Of a stretch of DNA of 64,000 bases, positions 53,501-63,606 are shown piece after piece. The notes beneath the pieces are model-generated. The model did no database searches and had not been told where the DNA came from. It was given only the letters and a program-made list of their open reading frames with translations. How positions within the stretch are numbered: the first letter of the stretch is position 1; each line of letters opens with the position of its first letter. Source of the DNA: Candidatus Poribacteria bacterium (GTDB lineage: Bacteria; Poribacteria; WGA-4E; WGA-3G); NCBI GenBank assembly GCA_963663765.2, contig CAXXUA010000006.1, positions 384,001 to 448,000 on the forward strand, written 5' to 3'. The translations under genes and the position numbers were made by a program.

Positions 53501-53907
53501 ACATTACAAACAGGCCTGAAACTTCCATCTTTGACTGGGAAGATTTTGAAATTGCGGGCGGATTAGATAAACTTCCTGAGATAATAGACATACGCGAACG
53601 TTTTGAACAGGAACGGGAAAACCTTACGGCTGACTCCAGTAGAGCGGAAGTGCAACGGGTATTGGGTTGCTCCCAGAGACAAGCGAACAGAGTTTTGCAA
53701 AGGCTTAGAGGGGGGAACATCCAACGTAAAACCTTCCGAGAGCAAATCCTTTCTCTCCTCTCCGAAGGCGAGAAAAAGACAGGCGAAATCACTGATGCCA
53801 TCAACGGACATCCAGAGGCGATACAACACGAACTCTCACGGCTCGTGGAGGCGGATGAAATTGTCAGAGTTCGCCGCGGGTTATATGCTTTATCAGAAGT
53901 TAGGTAA
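50527..53907 (+). CDS. Large hypothetical protein, possibly primase-like N-terminus, degenerate Cys-cluster helicase-like core and C-terminal wHTH
   Basis: CEDAERC...ICPQCPVYVEC-x-x-x-GYLSQ motif, HTH-like C-terminus, upstream TTGATT-18-TATAAT. Function inferred only. Confidence 0.55.
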   Translation: MKSLKDIIQLCHQRHQKPLRQRRTEVTPAVYTKDHPNQYTVYCAHRYPVMLHALEQAHISFMPIGRAPWNDQGPKYFKGNRFLKRQGITDWEIKQWNASWGIKLYTGMPSERNGARWHNLHFKYEAICAAPDAVSDCIEALLNIMNNPLLTLGKSGGLRFSCRVQDYLHPNTEAAKLYIYKDIAKVENIYQRDVYLEIFGDEGHTRWDARYELLFGNLLDPPVIDKDVLFAPVDVLRAKLHEPAPDNTEGKQIVTRIPLPLGSENLDHAKEAFLRRGFSYLRQKDGFHHWTQSEETNGDEEVVLFESEGVVWIRASTADSGLPTQSTPITDIWDDTGISPLIDSASPSANVKMKQVRKEELSPLAIKRPSPVLGQDDNTEKQETLQRDVFQIENVFDQGIRILGIITGIGPWDQQAEETYFLNGGVITVNTPNLISAEGAERYFQEQDIPSVVYWKPRTHLWEQVKDIPIQERINTPFQHGNVCEDAERCFALEEKGGNPNESICPQCPVYVECQQHGYLSQFAEAQKAKVQLLTIPHLFFDPQYTELVEQILTQNDATERLCVINQQRTHKLFLECSLSKNVMEEWVTNWEGSELGNFAKTLLSALDIEDKLYGDAVKGIRAVMQTFELLAETLIQQMCQVIARGRLVEQEFVDPDTRRTLACFSIEFEGGASAYIPLDSSAADKLNEKGLPVLPASFPLDAEDISVPMLMTEAIALGILNTDTVGTIEHFPTVCRQQDWTYWHQLKRFFAYYKRDTDAPIRWDGEVLRFWVPPVLHENVKRLLLVSSVFSEEHLHRVFPDENLQTHWTDPIPWSHVSRVFQVRTGTYPSETILDYHNWSQIRLSKTGQRFLSSIQAEIESDLKVKHAILTNKDIARRLDNITKNRNVCFVDNVKKIRMPGTLTADVIWVIGTPRRSTTAIWQRAQMLFGNDQEPLSYEYAIETGTYKDARLQSIYEEDVIYTLTEIIVKAELDQLTDRRIVLIAGVPLPNITNRPETSIFDWEDFEIAGGLDKLPEIIDIRERFEQERENLTADSSRAEVQRVLGCSQRQANRVLQRLRGGNIQRKTFREQILSLLSEGEKKTGEITDAINGHPEAIQHELSRLVEADEIVRVRRGLYALSEVR

Positions 53908-53957
53908 GACTTTGTCCAATTCCGTCCCTTCACCGCGCCCGCGATGATTCCAAACTG

Positions 53958-54082
53958 GTGTTGCACCATTAGCCGTTACATGCTAAAATGCGAGCAGAAC
54001 ACACATTGAATAGGAGTGGGCACGCAGCCCCAGCATAACACGGCTACACGGCAAAAGGGGACGACTGCCCGAAATGTTGATG
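53958..54082 (+). repeat. 125-bp direct repeat of the thiO promoter/leader/start (second copy 59857-59981)
   Basis: One mismatch between copies; contains TTGCAC-17-TAAAAT and ends in ATGTTGATG. Confidence 0.95.
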
Positions 54083-54310
54083 AATTGGGTACAATTTCAA
54101 GACATAATTTTCAACTTAGAACATGTCACACACTTCTATGTAATCGGATCAGAGAAAAACGCAGAAATTACTGCGTACCTCAATTTCGGATACCCAGGAA
54201 TGTGGGGTATCGGAGACAAGCAACACTATATTATAGTCGGCAAAGGCAAAAAAGAAGAATGTAAAAAATGGTTAAATGACATTCTTGCTGGTGAATACAA
54301 TATAGAATGA
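54074..54310 (+). CDS. Small hypothetical protein using the duplicated thiO start
   Basis: 78-aa ORF beginning within the direct repeat. Confidence 0.55.
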   Translation: MLMNWVQFQDIIFNLEHVTHFYVIGSEKNAEITAYLNFGYPGMWGIGDKQHYIIVGKGKKEECKKWLNDILAGEYNIE

Positions 54311-54636
54311 GGTAATGTCGGAGGTTACTCTCACATTGGTAGGAGCGATTTCCGATATTCTGTCTGAACCAGGGTTTCCAGGATGAACAGATTACCAAGA
54401 TTGTGAGTCTGGTGCTTTTTGCTGCCCTTTAATAAACAACACAAACGCCCATCAATAGCCCTGAATCAGGATGGTTGGAGAGTCGTTGACGATGTCACTG
54501 CGTTTGTCTGTCTTGATACGATACTGGTCTATAACCCACTCCAACGTAGAGTAGTGAATGCGGAAGGTTTATCACCACTATTCCAACGATTGATGTTCTG
54601 TAGTAATGAGTAATCAACAAGCAGACTGTCTTTATA

Positions 54637-56334
54637 TCACTGCGATTGCTGTGGAGGCGTTAGCATTGCGGCGATGTCAGCGGGGAGTTCTATATTAGTT
54701 TTCTGTTCAAAGTCTTTAACATTTTCATAGTCGTTGCGGAATGACTCAATAATATCATAACCCATGTTTTTTGCAGTCGTGAGGTCTGATTTTGCTTTTT
54801 CCCATTCTTGAAGATGCAACGAAGATTCACCACGGTTGTAATATGCCGCATTGTCCTCTGGATCCAGTTCAATCGCCTTGTCATAGTCTTGCATTGCACG
54901 TTCAAGATCCCCTTTGTCGGCGTAAGCACTACCACGGTTGATATTTGCTACACGCTTCTCAGGATCCAGTTCTATCGTTTTACTAAAGTCTTGAATTGCG
55001 CGTTCATAATCCCCTTTTTTCGCGTAAGCAATACCACGGTCATTATATGCTGTGCCTTCCTCAGGATCCAGATCTATCACCTTTCCAAAGTCTTGTATTG
55101 CATGTTCATGATCATCTATTTTCGCGTAAACATTACCACGTTCCAAATATGTCTTACTATCATCAGGTTTGAGTTCTATCGCTTTAGTGAAGTCTTGTAT
55201 GGCAAGGTCAACTTTTCCTTCAACTGCATAAACAAGTCCTCGACTTTGATAAGCTTCGTAGAATTCTGGATTCAATTCTATTGCCATGCTAAAATCTTTG
55301 AGAGCCTGAGTGGATTCTTGATTAAGTAAAGAAACAACCCCACGATAGAAATACAGAACATTTGTTGGGTTTAACTCTATCTCCTTGGTAAAATCCTCAA
55401 TAGATTGATCCAATTCATTTTTACCAAGGTAAGCAACCCCTCTATAGAAATATATTTTAGAATAATTTGGATCCAGTTGAATAACTGTGTTGTAATCCTC
55501 AATTGCACTATCGTCATCACCCATTTTGGTGTAGACAATCCCTCGGTTCTTATAGCTATTCAAGAAATCCGGTTTCAACGTTATTGCTTTAGTATAACAT
55601 CCCACTGCTTCAGTATAAGCAGCCTTTTCCTTTTCATTAGAGTCTGCTTCATCGCCGATCTTCTGCAAGGAAAGTCCACTGTAATATTCAGAGTAGGCAT
55701 CCCGATGTATTTCCTGTTTTCTTATGAAACTGTAAAGATCATTGAACATTGTATCTGTTGAGATGTTGTGTTCTGTCCTTAGATGTTGTAGTAACGGTTG
55801 CTTAAGATTGGCAGGAATAGTGACAATCTGTGATTTGTCTGGTTCAATAAAACCTTTGGGTGGCTGAACAAATACTATTTCCTGTGCGCTGAGACGATGC
55901 CGAGGATTTTTTGGTTTTAGTATCCAGTCCTCTATCATTGCAGTTTTCTGCACAATTACTCTTCCATCTTCGCCAAGTGCCCCATAACAAGCAAAGAAGA
56001 GTGCTATCAAGTGGTTAGTCGTGAAGTCTATCAGATTGGTTTTGCCACCATAATGTTGAAGTTCGGTTAATATGTCTAAGTCATTCTTTTTGTAAAGATA
56101 TTGCTTGACTTCGCCAATCATATCTCTTTGAACGAGTTCCAGATCAATCAATTCTTCATCACAATCGGCAAATTCTCTATAAAGACTTGAGAAGATTTTA
56201 CCAGTATCTTCTGGTTCACCACGATAGATGCATTCACTATCCGCTGATATTGCCTTTATCTCTTCAATAATTTCAAGAGCAGCCTTTTGTACGTTATCTT
56301 GAGAGTTAAGTTTCGTTGGCATATTCATTGTCAT
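54637..56334 (-). CDS. FRG-domain protein with TPR repeats
   Basis: IYRGE, LQHYGGKTNLIDFT and RLSAQ motifs, followed by many Y-x-x-RG...AI-x-DF-x-KAIEL-x-P repeats. Confidence 0.88.
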   Translation of the reverse strand: MTMNMPTKLNSQDNVQKAALEIIEEIKAISADSECIYRGEPEDTGKIFSSLYREFADCDEELIDLELVQRDMIGEVKQYLYKKNDLDILTELQHYGGKTNLIDFTTNHLIALFFACYGALGEDGRVIVQKTAMIEDWILKPKNPRHRLSAQEIVFVQPPKGFIEPDKSQIVTIPANLKQPLLQHLRTEHNISTDTMFNDLYSFIRKQEIHRDAYSEYYSGLSLQKIGDEADSNEKEKAAYTEAVGCYTKAITLKPDFLNSYKNRGIVYTKMGDDDSAIEDYNTVIQLDPNYSKIYFYRGVAYLGKNELDQSIEDFTKEIELNPTNVLYFYRGVVSLLNQESTQALKDFSMAIELNPEFYEAYQSRGLVYAVEGKVDLAIQDFTKAIELKPDDSKTYLERGNVYAKIDDHEHAIQDFGKVIDLDPEEGTAYNDRGIAYAKKGDYERAIQDFSKTIELDPEKRVANINRGSAYADKGDLERAMQDYDKAIELDPEDNAAYYNRGESSLHLQEWEKAKSDLTTAKNMGYDIIESFRNDYENVKDFEQKTNIELPADIAAMLTPPQQSQ

Positions 56335-56359
56335 CGGGAATCGGAGTTCCCTCCTACAG

Positions 56360-56671
56360 TTAACTGTCCAAGTTTCTTGCGTGCTTCATAATCGTATTAA
56401 ATATTATATCGCGTCTGCGTTGCTTGGTTTCCTTTACAGAAGTGAATGTGCTTTCTTCTGCATCATCTCTGACAGCATCGGATATCGCTTTCCTCAGTTC
56501 ACTTTTTGCATCTGCTGGTGGAGCAATATCTATGCCTTTAAAAAAGTCGTTCTTTAAAGTCTTAAGAATTGCCTCGCTTACACTGTATATGGTATCTTTT
56601 AAAGGCTTGAATTCACTTGTTTGCATATTCTTGCTGTCTGCGGAAACGGCTGCTATTTTTTTATTTGCCAT
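56360..56671 (-). CDS. Hypothetical protein
   Basis: 103-aa ORF with a GGAGG RBS. Confidence 0.6.
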   Translation of the reverse strand: MANKKIAAVSADSKNMQTSEFKPLKDTIYSVSEAILKTLKNDFFKGIDIAPPADAKSELRKAISDAVRDDAEESTFTSVKETKQRRRDIIFNTIMKHARNLDS

Positions 56672-56840
56672 TAGACTTCCTCCATTTTAAAATGTAATTA
56701 ATCACCAGAGAATCACTATGAATCATTGGAATCGTATGTATTAGAATTTCAACAAAAATTACATAATACCTGAAAAGATGTCAATAAATTTTCATTGAAT
56801 ATGTGATCAGTTTCTATTTTAGATATTGGTAACGGTGTAA

Positions 56841-59509
56841 TCATATATTTTCACTTTGCGTTAGGATCTCTTTGATGTCCTCTCGTAATGTAATATCAGT
56901 ATTCTGTTCAAACTCTTCAATGCTACCGAAATCTTCTTGAAATTTCTTAGCAACTTCCATTCCATTAGATTTTCCGGACTCTAAATCTTCCTTAGCTTCT
57001 TGCCAACGTTCTAATTTCAAGTACGCAGTGCCTCGATTGTAATATGCCTTACCATCACTTGGATGAAGTTGTATTGCTCTGCTAAAATCATCAACAGCAC
57101 TGTCAGGATCACCATTCTGAAGATAAGTTAAACCGCGGTATATATAGGTATCGGTATCATCTGGGTCTTTTTGTAACAATACCTTCGCCATTTTTGAGTG
57201 TTTCAGTTGAATGAGTATATAGTGTTGATCTACCATTGCTTTGTGATATTGTTAGGATTACATAAATAAAAATAACTTCAGGTTTTCGTTGAAGTATTTT
57301 TATTTATCATAGCGTCTAATTTGACAATAGAAATGACTATATCAGCAATCTGTCAGAATAATTTATATGCACAATCTGGCAGAATGTGCTACAACTACCC
57401 GCACAATCTGGAAGAATGTGCTACAACTACCCGCACAATCTGGAAGAATGTGCTACAACTACCCGCACAATCTGGAAGAATGTGCTACAACTACCCGCAC
57501 AATCTGGAAGAATGTGCTACAACTACCCACACAATCTGGAAGAATGTCTATTATTGGCCAGGGTTATTTAGTTTTCAATATTTTTGATATTATTTTGCTA
57601 TGTCGTTAATTTTATGGGGTACCATCTTGTCCAGTTTTTTAGTCCCGTAGGGACGATATGTTTATAGAAAATGTTTTCCACCCCAATTGAGTTTCGTAGG
57701 AACGACATAGAAGAATAAACATATCGTCCCTACGGGACTAAAGAACTGTGGAGGGTATTCGTTTTCTATAAACATATCGTCCCTACGGGACTAAATGGTT
57801 GACTCGCTAAGTATTTGTGTTTTGAATTCCCTAAATCCACCCCCTTTTATCCCCCAGCAAGCGGGGGAAAGGACTTTTGGGTTTATTCTGTCCGTTCTCT
57901 ACATAATAAATGTTTAGCGAGTAAACCACTAAAGAACTGTGGAGAGTATTCGTTTTCTATAAACATATCGTCCCTACGGGACTAAAGAGCGATGTTCATG
58001 TTTCAATAATCTAAAACTGGTGCAGAAAGTTCGGTTAGGAAACCGAGCCTGGGTATTAACTTTCAGTAAATCTCAATAACAGAAAACTCTTAAAACTAAA
58101 TAACCTTGTATTATTGGCGAAGGTATTGTTTGTAAAGCTTTAGAATAATTATCTATTGCCTTTTCAAGATCATCCTTGCCAAAGTGGACAAACCCAAGTT
58201 CTTTATAGACATCAGTTAGGTCCGGATCAAGGTCTATTGCATCGGTATAACTAACTATTGCCCTATCAATGTCACCTTTACTGAGAGATACAAACCCAAG
58301 TTCTTTATAGGCATCAGCAAAGTCTGGATCAAGTTCTATTGCTCGGGTATAGTCTAAGATTGCATTGTCAAAATCTACCTTCTCATAGCGAATAATACCA
58401 CGGTGGACATAAGTCTTAGCAAGATCTTTTTCCAACCGTTTCACCTTGGTAGGATTTTCATTACTTGTTGCTAATATCTCCTCCTTCAGTTCAATCGCCT
58501 TGTCAAAATCGTCTTTCGCTAAGTCTAGAGCATTTTCAATTGGACCTGCATCCAAATAGGCAATACCTCGATATTGATGTGCCCAGAAAAGTATATCTTT
58601 ATCCACGGTTTGCATATTTTTATCTGGTGGGGAGATTACTTCCGTATAGCATCTGATTGCTTCCACTAACTCGTTCTTTTGATGTGCCTCAATACCTCGT
58701 TGCAGATAACCTTGTGCATCGGGTTTGAAGTCTGGTTTGCTCTGGACATGTAAACTTGCAAAACCCTCTGAGTCAGGATAGATTGTTGCGTCTTTAATAC
58801 CAGTGACTTTATCCAATGCTCTCAGAATGGGTTGTTTTCCAATCTTCATGATGACGCATTCATCTGCGGCTTCAATCTTTGCACCGCCGAAGATAAAAAC
58901 GGATTGCTGAGCAATAATACGATTGTTCTGTAGCTTCGGTTGCCATTGATAAAGCGGGTATCTACTATTGTTATCCTCAGTGAAAAAGTCTCCAATGGTA
59001 TTTTCTTCTAACAGTTCGGAAGTAACTGTTCTATATCGTGATGGATCGTCAACACGAACTGCATAGACTTTCCCATCTACTTCTTTCTTCTCATCGTTTG
59101 TTTTCTCAACATCAAGATTGTTCTCTTTACTCAAGTCTTTTTCTATTTTAGTAGCGAGATGTTCACAAGCAAACCAAAGGGCAATTAATGCATTACTGGT
59201 AAAATCTATTAAACAGGTGGCAGCACGATAGTGCTGAAGTTCTGCCAACAACGCCAAATCAGAAAGTCGTTTTCCATGTAATTGATCATGGCCAAGAAGG
59301 CGAGCATTCTCTATCAATTCCTGATTTATTTTGAGAAGTCTAACAGGATTATGTTTGTCTAAACCTTGTAGACGGCGACTGGCAGATGCCTCAATTTTGT
59401 ATGTCTTGTTTGGCACCCCACGGAATAGATATTGACCGTCGTTGAATTGTTCTGCCCATTTCAAAAAACCGCCGAGTGTTCTAACCCGACTTGGTCCTTC
59501 TTTCGCCAT
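56841..59509 (-). pseudogene. FRG-TPR gene split by a MITE (5' part 58129-59509, 3' part 56841-57176)
   Basis: LFRG and LQHYRAATCLIDFT motifs. Removing the element and one TSD gives in-frame ...YSKALQKDPDDTDTY... Confidence 0.9.
57177..58128 (+). mobile_element. MITE family A (7-bp TSD TTTGTAA) with a nested family-B MITE at 57559-58108 (10-bp TSD TATTATTGGC)
   Basis: Both TIR pairs and both TSDs are visible. CAGGG ends with a 10-bp TSD are ISAs1-like. Confidence 0.93.
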
Positions 59510-59720
59510 ATAACCATTTTCTCCTTGATGTTAATCATACCACATGCTCCCTACTCATAGCAATAAAATGTCACAAATTTTATACGAGCCAACTACACGT
59601 TTAAGGAAACCTATACTGCCATCCTGGTTCTGACAATAGGGATGACAGCACAAGGACCCCGCCCTACAATGGAAAATTGGATTTCTGTGCAATAACTTTA
59701 CACACACCTCTGCATTCCAA

Positions 59721-59842
59721 CGAGGTTATTCAGTTTTAACCATTTTTCACATTTTTGTGAGAAAATCGCGACCGGGAGGTCGCTCCTACCGGGGGGTTTC
59801 TTTTTGGAAAAATCCAAAAATTAGGAAAACTGAATAACCCTG
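59721..59842. mobile_element. Short family-B MITE with REP hairpin
   Basis: GGTTATTCAGTTTT...AAAACTGAATAACCCTG, flanked by CATTCCAA on both sides. Confidence 0.75.
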
Positions 59843-59972
59843 CATTCCAAACACATGTGTTGCACCATTAGCCGTTACATGCTAAAATGCGAGCAGAACA
59901 CACATTGAATAGGAGTGGGCACGCAGCCCCAGCATAACACGGCAACACGGCAAAAGGGGACGACTGCCCGAA

Positions 59973-61118
59973 ATGTTGATGGATAACGATAAGATTATCA
60001 TTATCGGTGGCGGAATGATTGGACTGGGTATCGGATGGCAACTGGCGAAAGCTGGAGCCGATGTCACCGTTTATGAACGCGGACAAGCCGGACGCGGTGC
60101 CTCGTGGGCAGCCGGCGGGATGCTCGGACCAATTGCTGAGGCACATATTGACGAACTTGACCTGCTGAAACTCAGCAACCAGAGTTTAGCACGATACCCA
60201 GTATGGGTCGATGAGTTAGAGACAGAAACTGAGATGTCAATCGGTTACCGAGCAGAAGGCACACTCATTATCGGCATTCAACCTGAAGACGCAGATCAAC
60301 TCCGGCATGCTTATACCTTGTATCAAGGTTTAGGGATGAATGTTGAATGGTTGAGCGGAGTAGAAGCACGTGAGATTGAGGGTGCACTTTCACCCTATGT
60401 GACGGCAGCGATTCGTTGTGAAACTGACCATCAAGTTGATAACCGGCTGATGGTGCAGGCACTCCAACGTGCTTTTCAGGGACGTGGCGGTGTGCTACAT
60501 CAAAATAGTGCTGTTGACCAAATTGTGATAGAAAATGGCACTGCAACCGGTGTTCAAACACAAGATGGGTTTCAGGCTGCTGATACGTTGATTCTCGCTG
60601 CAGGCTGCTGGTCCGCACAGATCGACGGTATACCGGATACGTTTGTCCCACCTGTGCGTCCTGTAAAAGGACAGATGTTGGCGTTACAAATGCGTGGGAA
60701 AGTAAAGATCAATAACGTCATCCGCACCGTCAAGGCGAGGTATCCGATGCCGGTCTATTTAGTGCCGAGAACGGATGGCAGACTGGTCGTCGGAGCAACA
60801 ACGGAGGAACTCGGGTTTGACACGGATTTGATCGTTGGCGGTATATATGAATTGCTACACGGTGCGTGTGAAGCGGTACCGGGTATTTATGAATTGCCGC
60901 TGATTGAATCTTGGACAGGTTTACGTCCGGGTAGTAGTGACAATGCTCCCATACTCGGTAAAACACCTATAGAGAATCTGATATACGCAACAGGACACTA
61001 TCGTAACGGCATCTTGCTCACACCTATCACCGCTGACGAAATCGCTAAACTGGTCTTGACAGGTGAGACATCAGACACAATCGCACCGTTCCATCTGGAC
61101 AGGTTTTCAAGGGACTGA
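59973..61118 (+). CDS. thiO: Glycine oxidase ThiO
   Basis: GGGMIG, ASWAAGGML, PVKGQML, YLVPR, WTGLRP and GHYRNGILLTP motifs. Confidence 0.92.
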   Translation: MLMDNDKIIIIGGGMIGLGIGWQLAKAGADVTVYERGQAGRGASWAAGGMLGPIAEAHIDELDLLKLSNQSLARYPVWVDELETETEMSIGYRAEGTLIIGIQPEDADQLRHAYTLYQGLGMNVEWLSGVEAREIEGALSPYVTAAIRCETDHQVDNRLMVQALQRAFQGRGGVLHQNSAVDQIVIENGTATGVQTQDGFQAADTLILAAGCWSAQIDGIPDTFVPPVRPVKGQMLALQMRGKVKINNVIRTVKARYPMPVYLVPRTDGRLVVGATTEELGFDTDLIVGGIYELLHGACEAVPGIYELPLIESWTGLRPGSSDNAPILGKTPIENLIYATGHYRNGILLTPITADEIAKLVLTGETSDTIAPFHLDRFSRD

Positions 61119-61267
61119 CTTTTTTGGTATTTTCTGAACCATGATTTTCAGGATTATGAGTTTTATGCCGTTGAGTTCCATTCCGAAGATAGACTTTCTC
61201 TAAGAAGAAACATCTAATGGGAAAATCCTGGTAATCTGAAGATCTTGTGAATCCTGGTTCAGCAAAA

Positions 61268-61798
61268 CTACTTGACCTTTGAATGGTTGTTGGGGTTAGG
61301 CGGTGGAGGTTCATCAAATGGGAGTCCCTTCTCAGTAGCAGTAGTTTTGCGTTTCTCCCAATTTGCATACCATGCGCGATAAACCTCTTCGCGTCCTTGT
61401 TCCAAACCTTGTTCCAAACCTTGTTCTTTGCCTATTGCCTTGGCCTCTTCACTTGCAGCTGCTACGGCAGCGGCTATGCGTTTCTCTCGTCTTGCTTCAA
61501 TAAAGTCTGATAGTAACATCATTAGGTCTACAACTCCTATTATCATTGCGACGATTGCCCCGCCAACAGGGATAAACGCCGAAATGTCTTTCGTGACATT
61601 TTGAACGGATACATGTCCTTTCCAATTTTGTGAAATTTCAAATTCCAGCGCGATATATCCGTATATGAGTGCTAAAAGAGATATTAGAAATAGGACGATA
61701 CCTGTTTTTCCTGTTCTCCAGAAGTCTCGGACAGCTTGCCAGAAGGTGCTGACGTTTTTCAAAAATGTCCTCCGTAATGTTGTTGTACAGTAAAGCAT
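61268..61798 (-). CDS. Hypothetical membrane protein with an EQG-repeat tail
   Basis: Two hydrophobic segments and GKEQGLEQGLEQGREE; start codon uncertain. Confidence 0.6.
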   Translation of the reverse strand: MLYCTTTLRRTFLKNVSTFWQAVRDFWRTGKTGIVLFLISLLALIYGYIALEFEISQNWKGHVSVQNVTKDISAFIPVGGAIVAMIIGVVDLMMLLSDFIEARREKRIAAAVAAASEEAKAIGKEQGLEQGLEQGREEVYRAWYANWEKRKTTATEKGLPFDEPPPPNPNNHSKVK

Positions 61799-61900
61799 AT
61801 TCTATACAATAATATCAATAATATTTGCAGAGGGGGTGTGTAAAGTTTTTGCACAAACTGCTCATTCTCCATTGTAGAGCGGGGTCTCTGTGCCCCGCCG

Positions 61901-62975
61901 CATAGGTGTCAACTTAAGAAAAAGTCAAGTGCTAAATACCCCATCTCGGTAGGCGTGCTTTGTAAGTGCGCCGATAAACCCAGGATTAGCAACGGCGCAC
62001 TTACAAAGCACGCCTGCAGGGGAGCGCAGTTGGTAGGCGCGCTTACAAAGCACGCCTGCAAGGGAGTGCAATTGAGGGGTGCGCTTACAAAGCACGCCTA
62101 CCTTGAGTGAGAAAATCGTGATTTCCAGGTTTCCCTCCTATTGGCAACGGAGCGCTTACAAAGCACGCCTGCAGGGGAGCGCAGTTGGTAGGCGCGCTTA
62201 CAAAGCACGCCTGCAAGGGAGTGCAGTTGAGGGGCGCGCTTACAAAGCACGCATGCAAGGGAGTGCAGTTGAGGGGCGCGCTTACAAAGCACGCATGCAA
62301 GGGAGTGCAGTTGAGGGGCGCGCTTACAAAGCACGCATGCAAGGGAGTGCAGTTGAGGGGCGCGCTTACAAAGCACGCCTGTAAGGGAGTGCAGTTGGTA
62401 GGCGCGCTTACAAAGCACGCCTGCAGGGGAGTGCGGGTGAGTGCGGGTGAGTGCGGGGAGCGCTTACAAAGCACGCATGCAGGGGAGTGCGGGTGAGTGC
62501 GGGGCGCGCTTACAAAGCACACCTGCAGGGGAGTGCGGGTGAGTGCGGGGCGCGCTTACAAAGCACGCATGCAGGGGAGTGCGGGTGAGTGCGGGGCGCG
62601 CTTACAAAGCACGCATGCAGGGGAGTGCAGTTGAGGGGCGCGCTTACAAAGCACGCCTGCAGGGGAGTGCGGGTGAGTGCGGGGCGCGCTTACAAAGCAC
62701 GCCTGCAAGGGAGTGCAATTCAGGGGCGCGCTTACAAAGCACGCATGCAGGGGAGTGCGGGTGAGTGCGGGGCGCGCTTACAAAGCACGCCTGCAAGGGA
62801 GTGCAGTTGAGGGGCGCGCTTACAAAGCACGCCTGCAGTGGTAGGCGCGCGGACAAAGCACGCCTACCGTGGCCGGATTAGTAGAATTACCCAAAGTATT
62901 TTTTAATCTTCATGAAGATTGTGCTACAACTGACTGCACAATCTGACAGAATGTCTATTATTGGCGAAGGTATTG
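61901..62975 (+). mobile_element. Hybrid MITE (CATAGGTGTCAAC left end, family-A right end) with ~20 tandem GCGCGCTTACAAAGCACGC REP units
   Basis: The left part matches the 16974 element and the right part matches 50150-50264. Confidence 0.8.
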
Positions 62976-63052
62976 TACTTATAGTAGAAATAGATATAAT
63001 TTAGCAGAGACGATGAGAAATTAAAAGAAAAAATCAAACCATTTAATATTTA

Positions 63053-63606
63053 CTATAGTTTGGACAATTTCATCTTGTAGAAGTTGATTATTCAACAGAA
63101 CGTCTATTTTTCTACGAGTTTCGTATATTTGTGTGAAACTGAAGAAAATGATGTGCTCCAGCGGAGTGTTATGTTCGGCTCCAACATACCGCTCCGCTGG
63201 AGCGGGGATGCGGGCTGACAATGTGACTATAAACATATTGCTCCGCTGGAGCAAAGAAAGTTCCGTTTTGGTCAGGGTTATTCAGTTCTAAAAGTTTTCT
63301 GTTATTTCGAATTACTGAAAGTTAATACCCAAATGCAGTTTCCTAACTGCACCTTATACATCAATTTTAGATTATTGAAACCTGAACATCGGTTCTTTAG
63401 TCCCGCCAAATGCCACACGCGCATTTGGCGGGACTAAAGACATGGACAAGATGGCAACACATAAAATTATCGTTATAGCAAATAATCATCAAAAAACCTA
63501 AAACTAAATAACCCTGCGTTTTGGTCATTATGTCTTGATTTGGTAACATAATCGGTGAACCAATTTCTTATCAAAACATGTTGGAAGAAAATTGTCCAAA
63601 CTATAG
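63053..63606. mobile_element. MITE (TIR CTATAGTTTGGACAA, 9-bp TSD TAATATTTA) with a nested family-B MITE at 63273-63516 (TSD CGTTTTGGT)
   Basis: TIRs and TSDs read directly from the sequence. Confidence 0.85.

Noticed and set aside
53947-53959. ATTCCAAACTGGT (13-nt match to the reverse repeat) and TTGGAATAGAA at ~13830 and ~40322 as CRISPR-repeat att sites or anti-repeats
   Set aside because: Short matches are plausible by chance in AT-rich DNA, and there is no second half-site or spacer.
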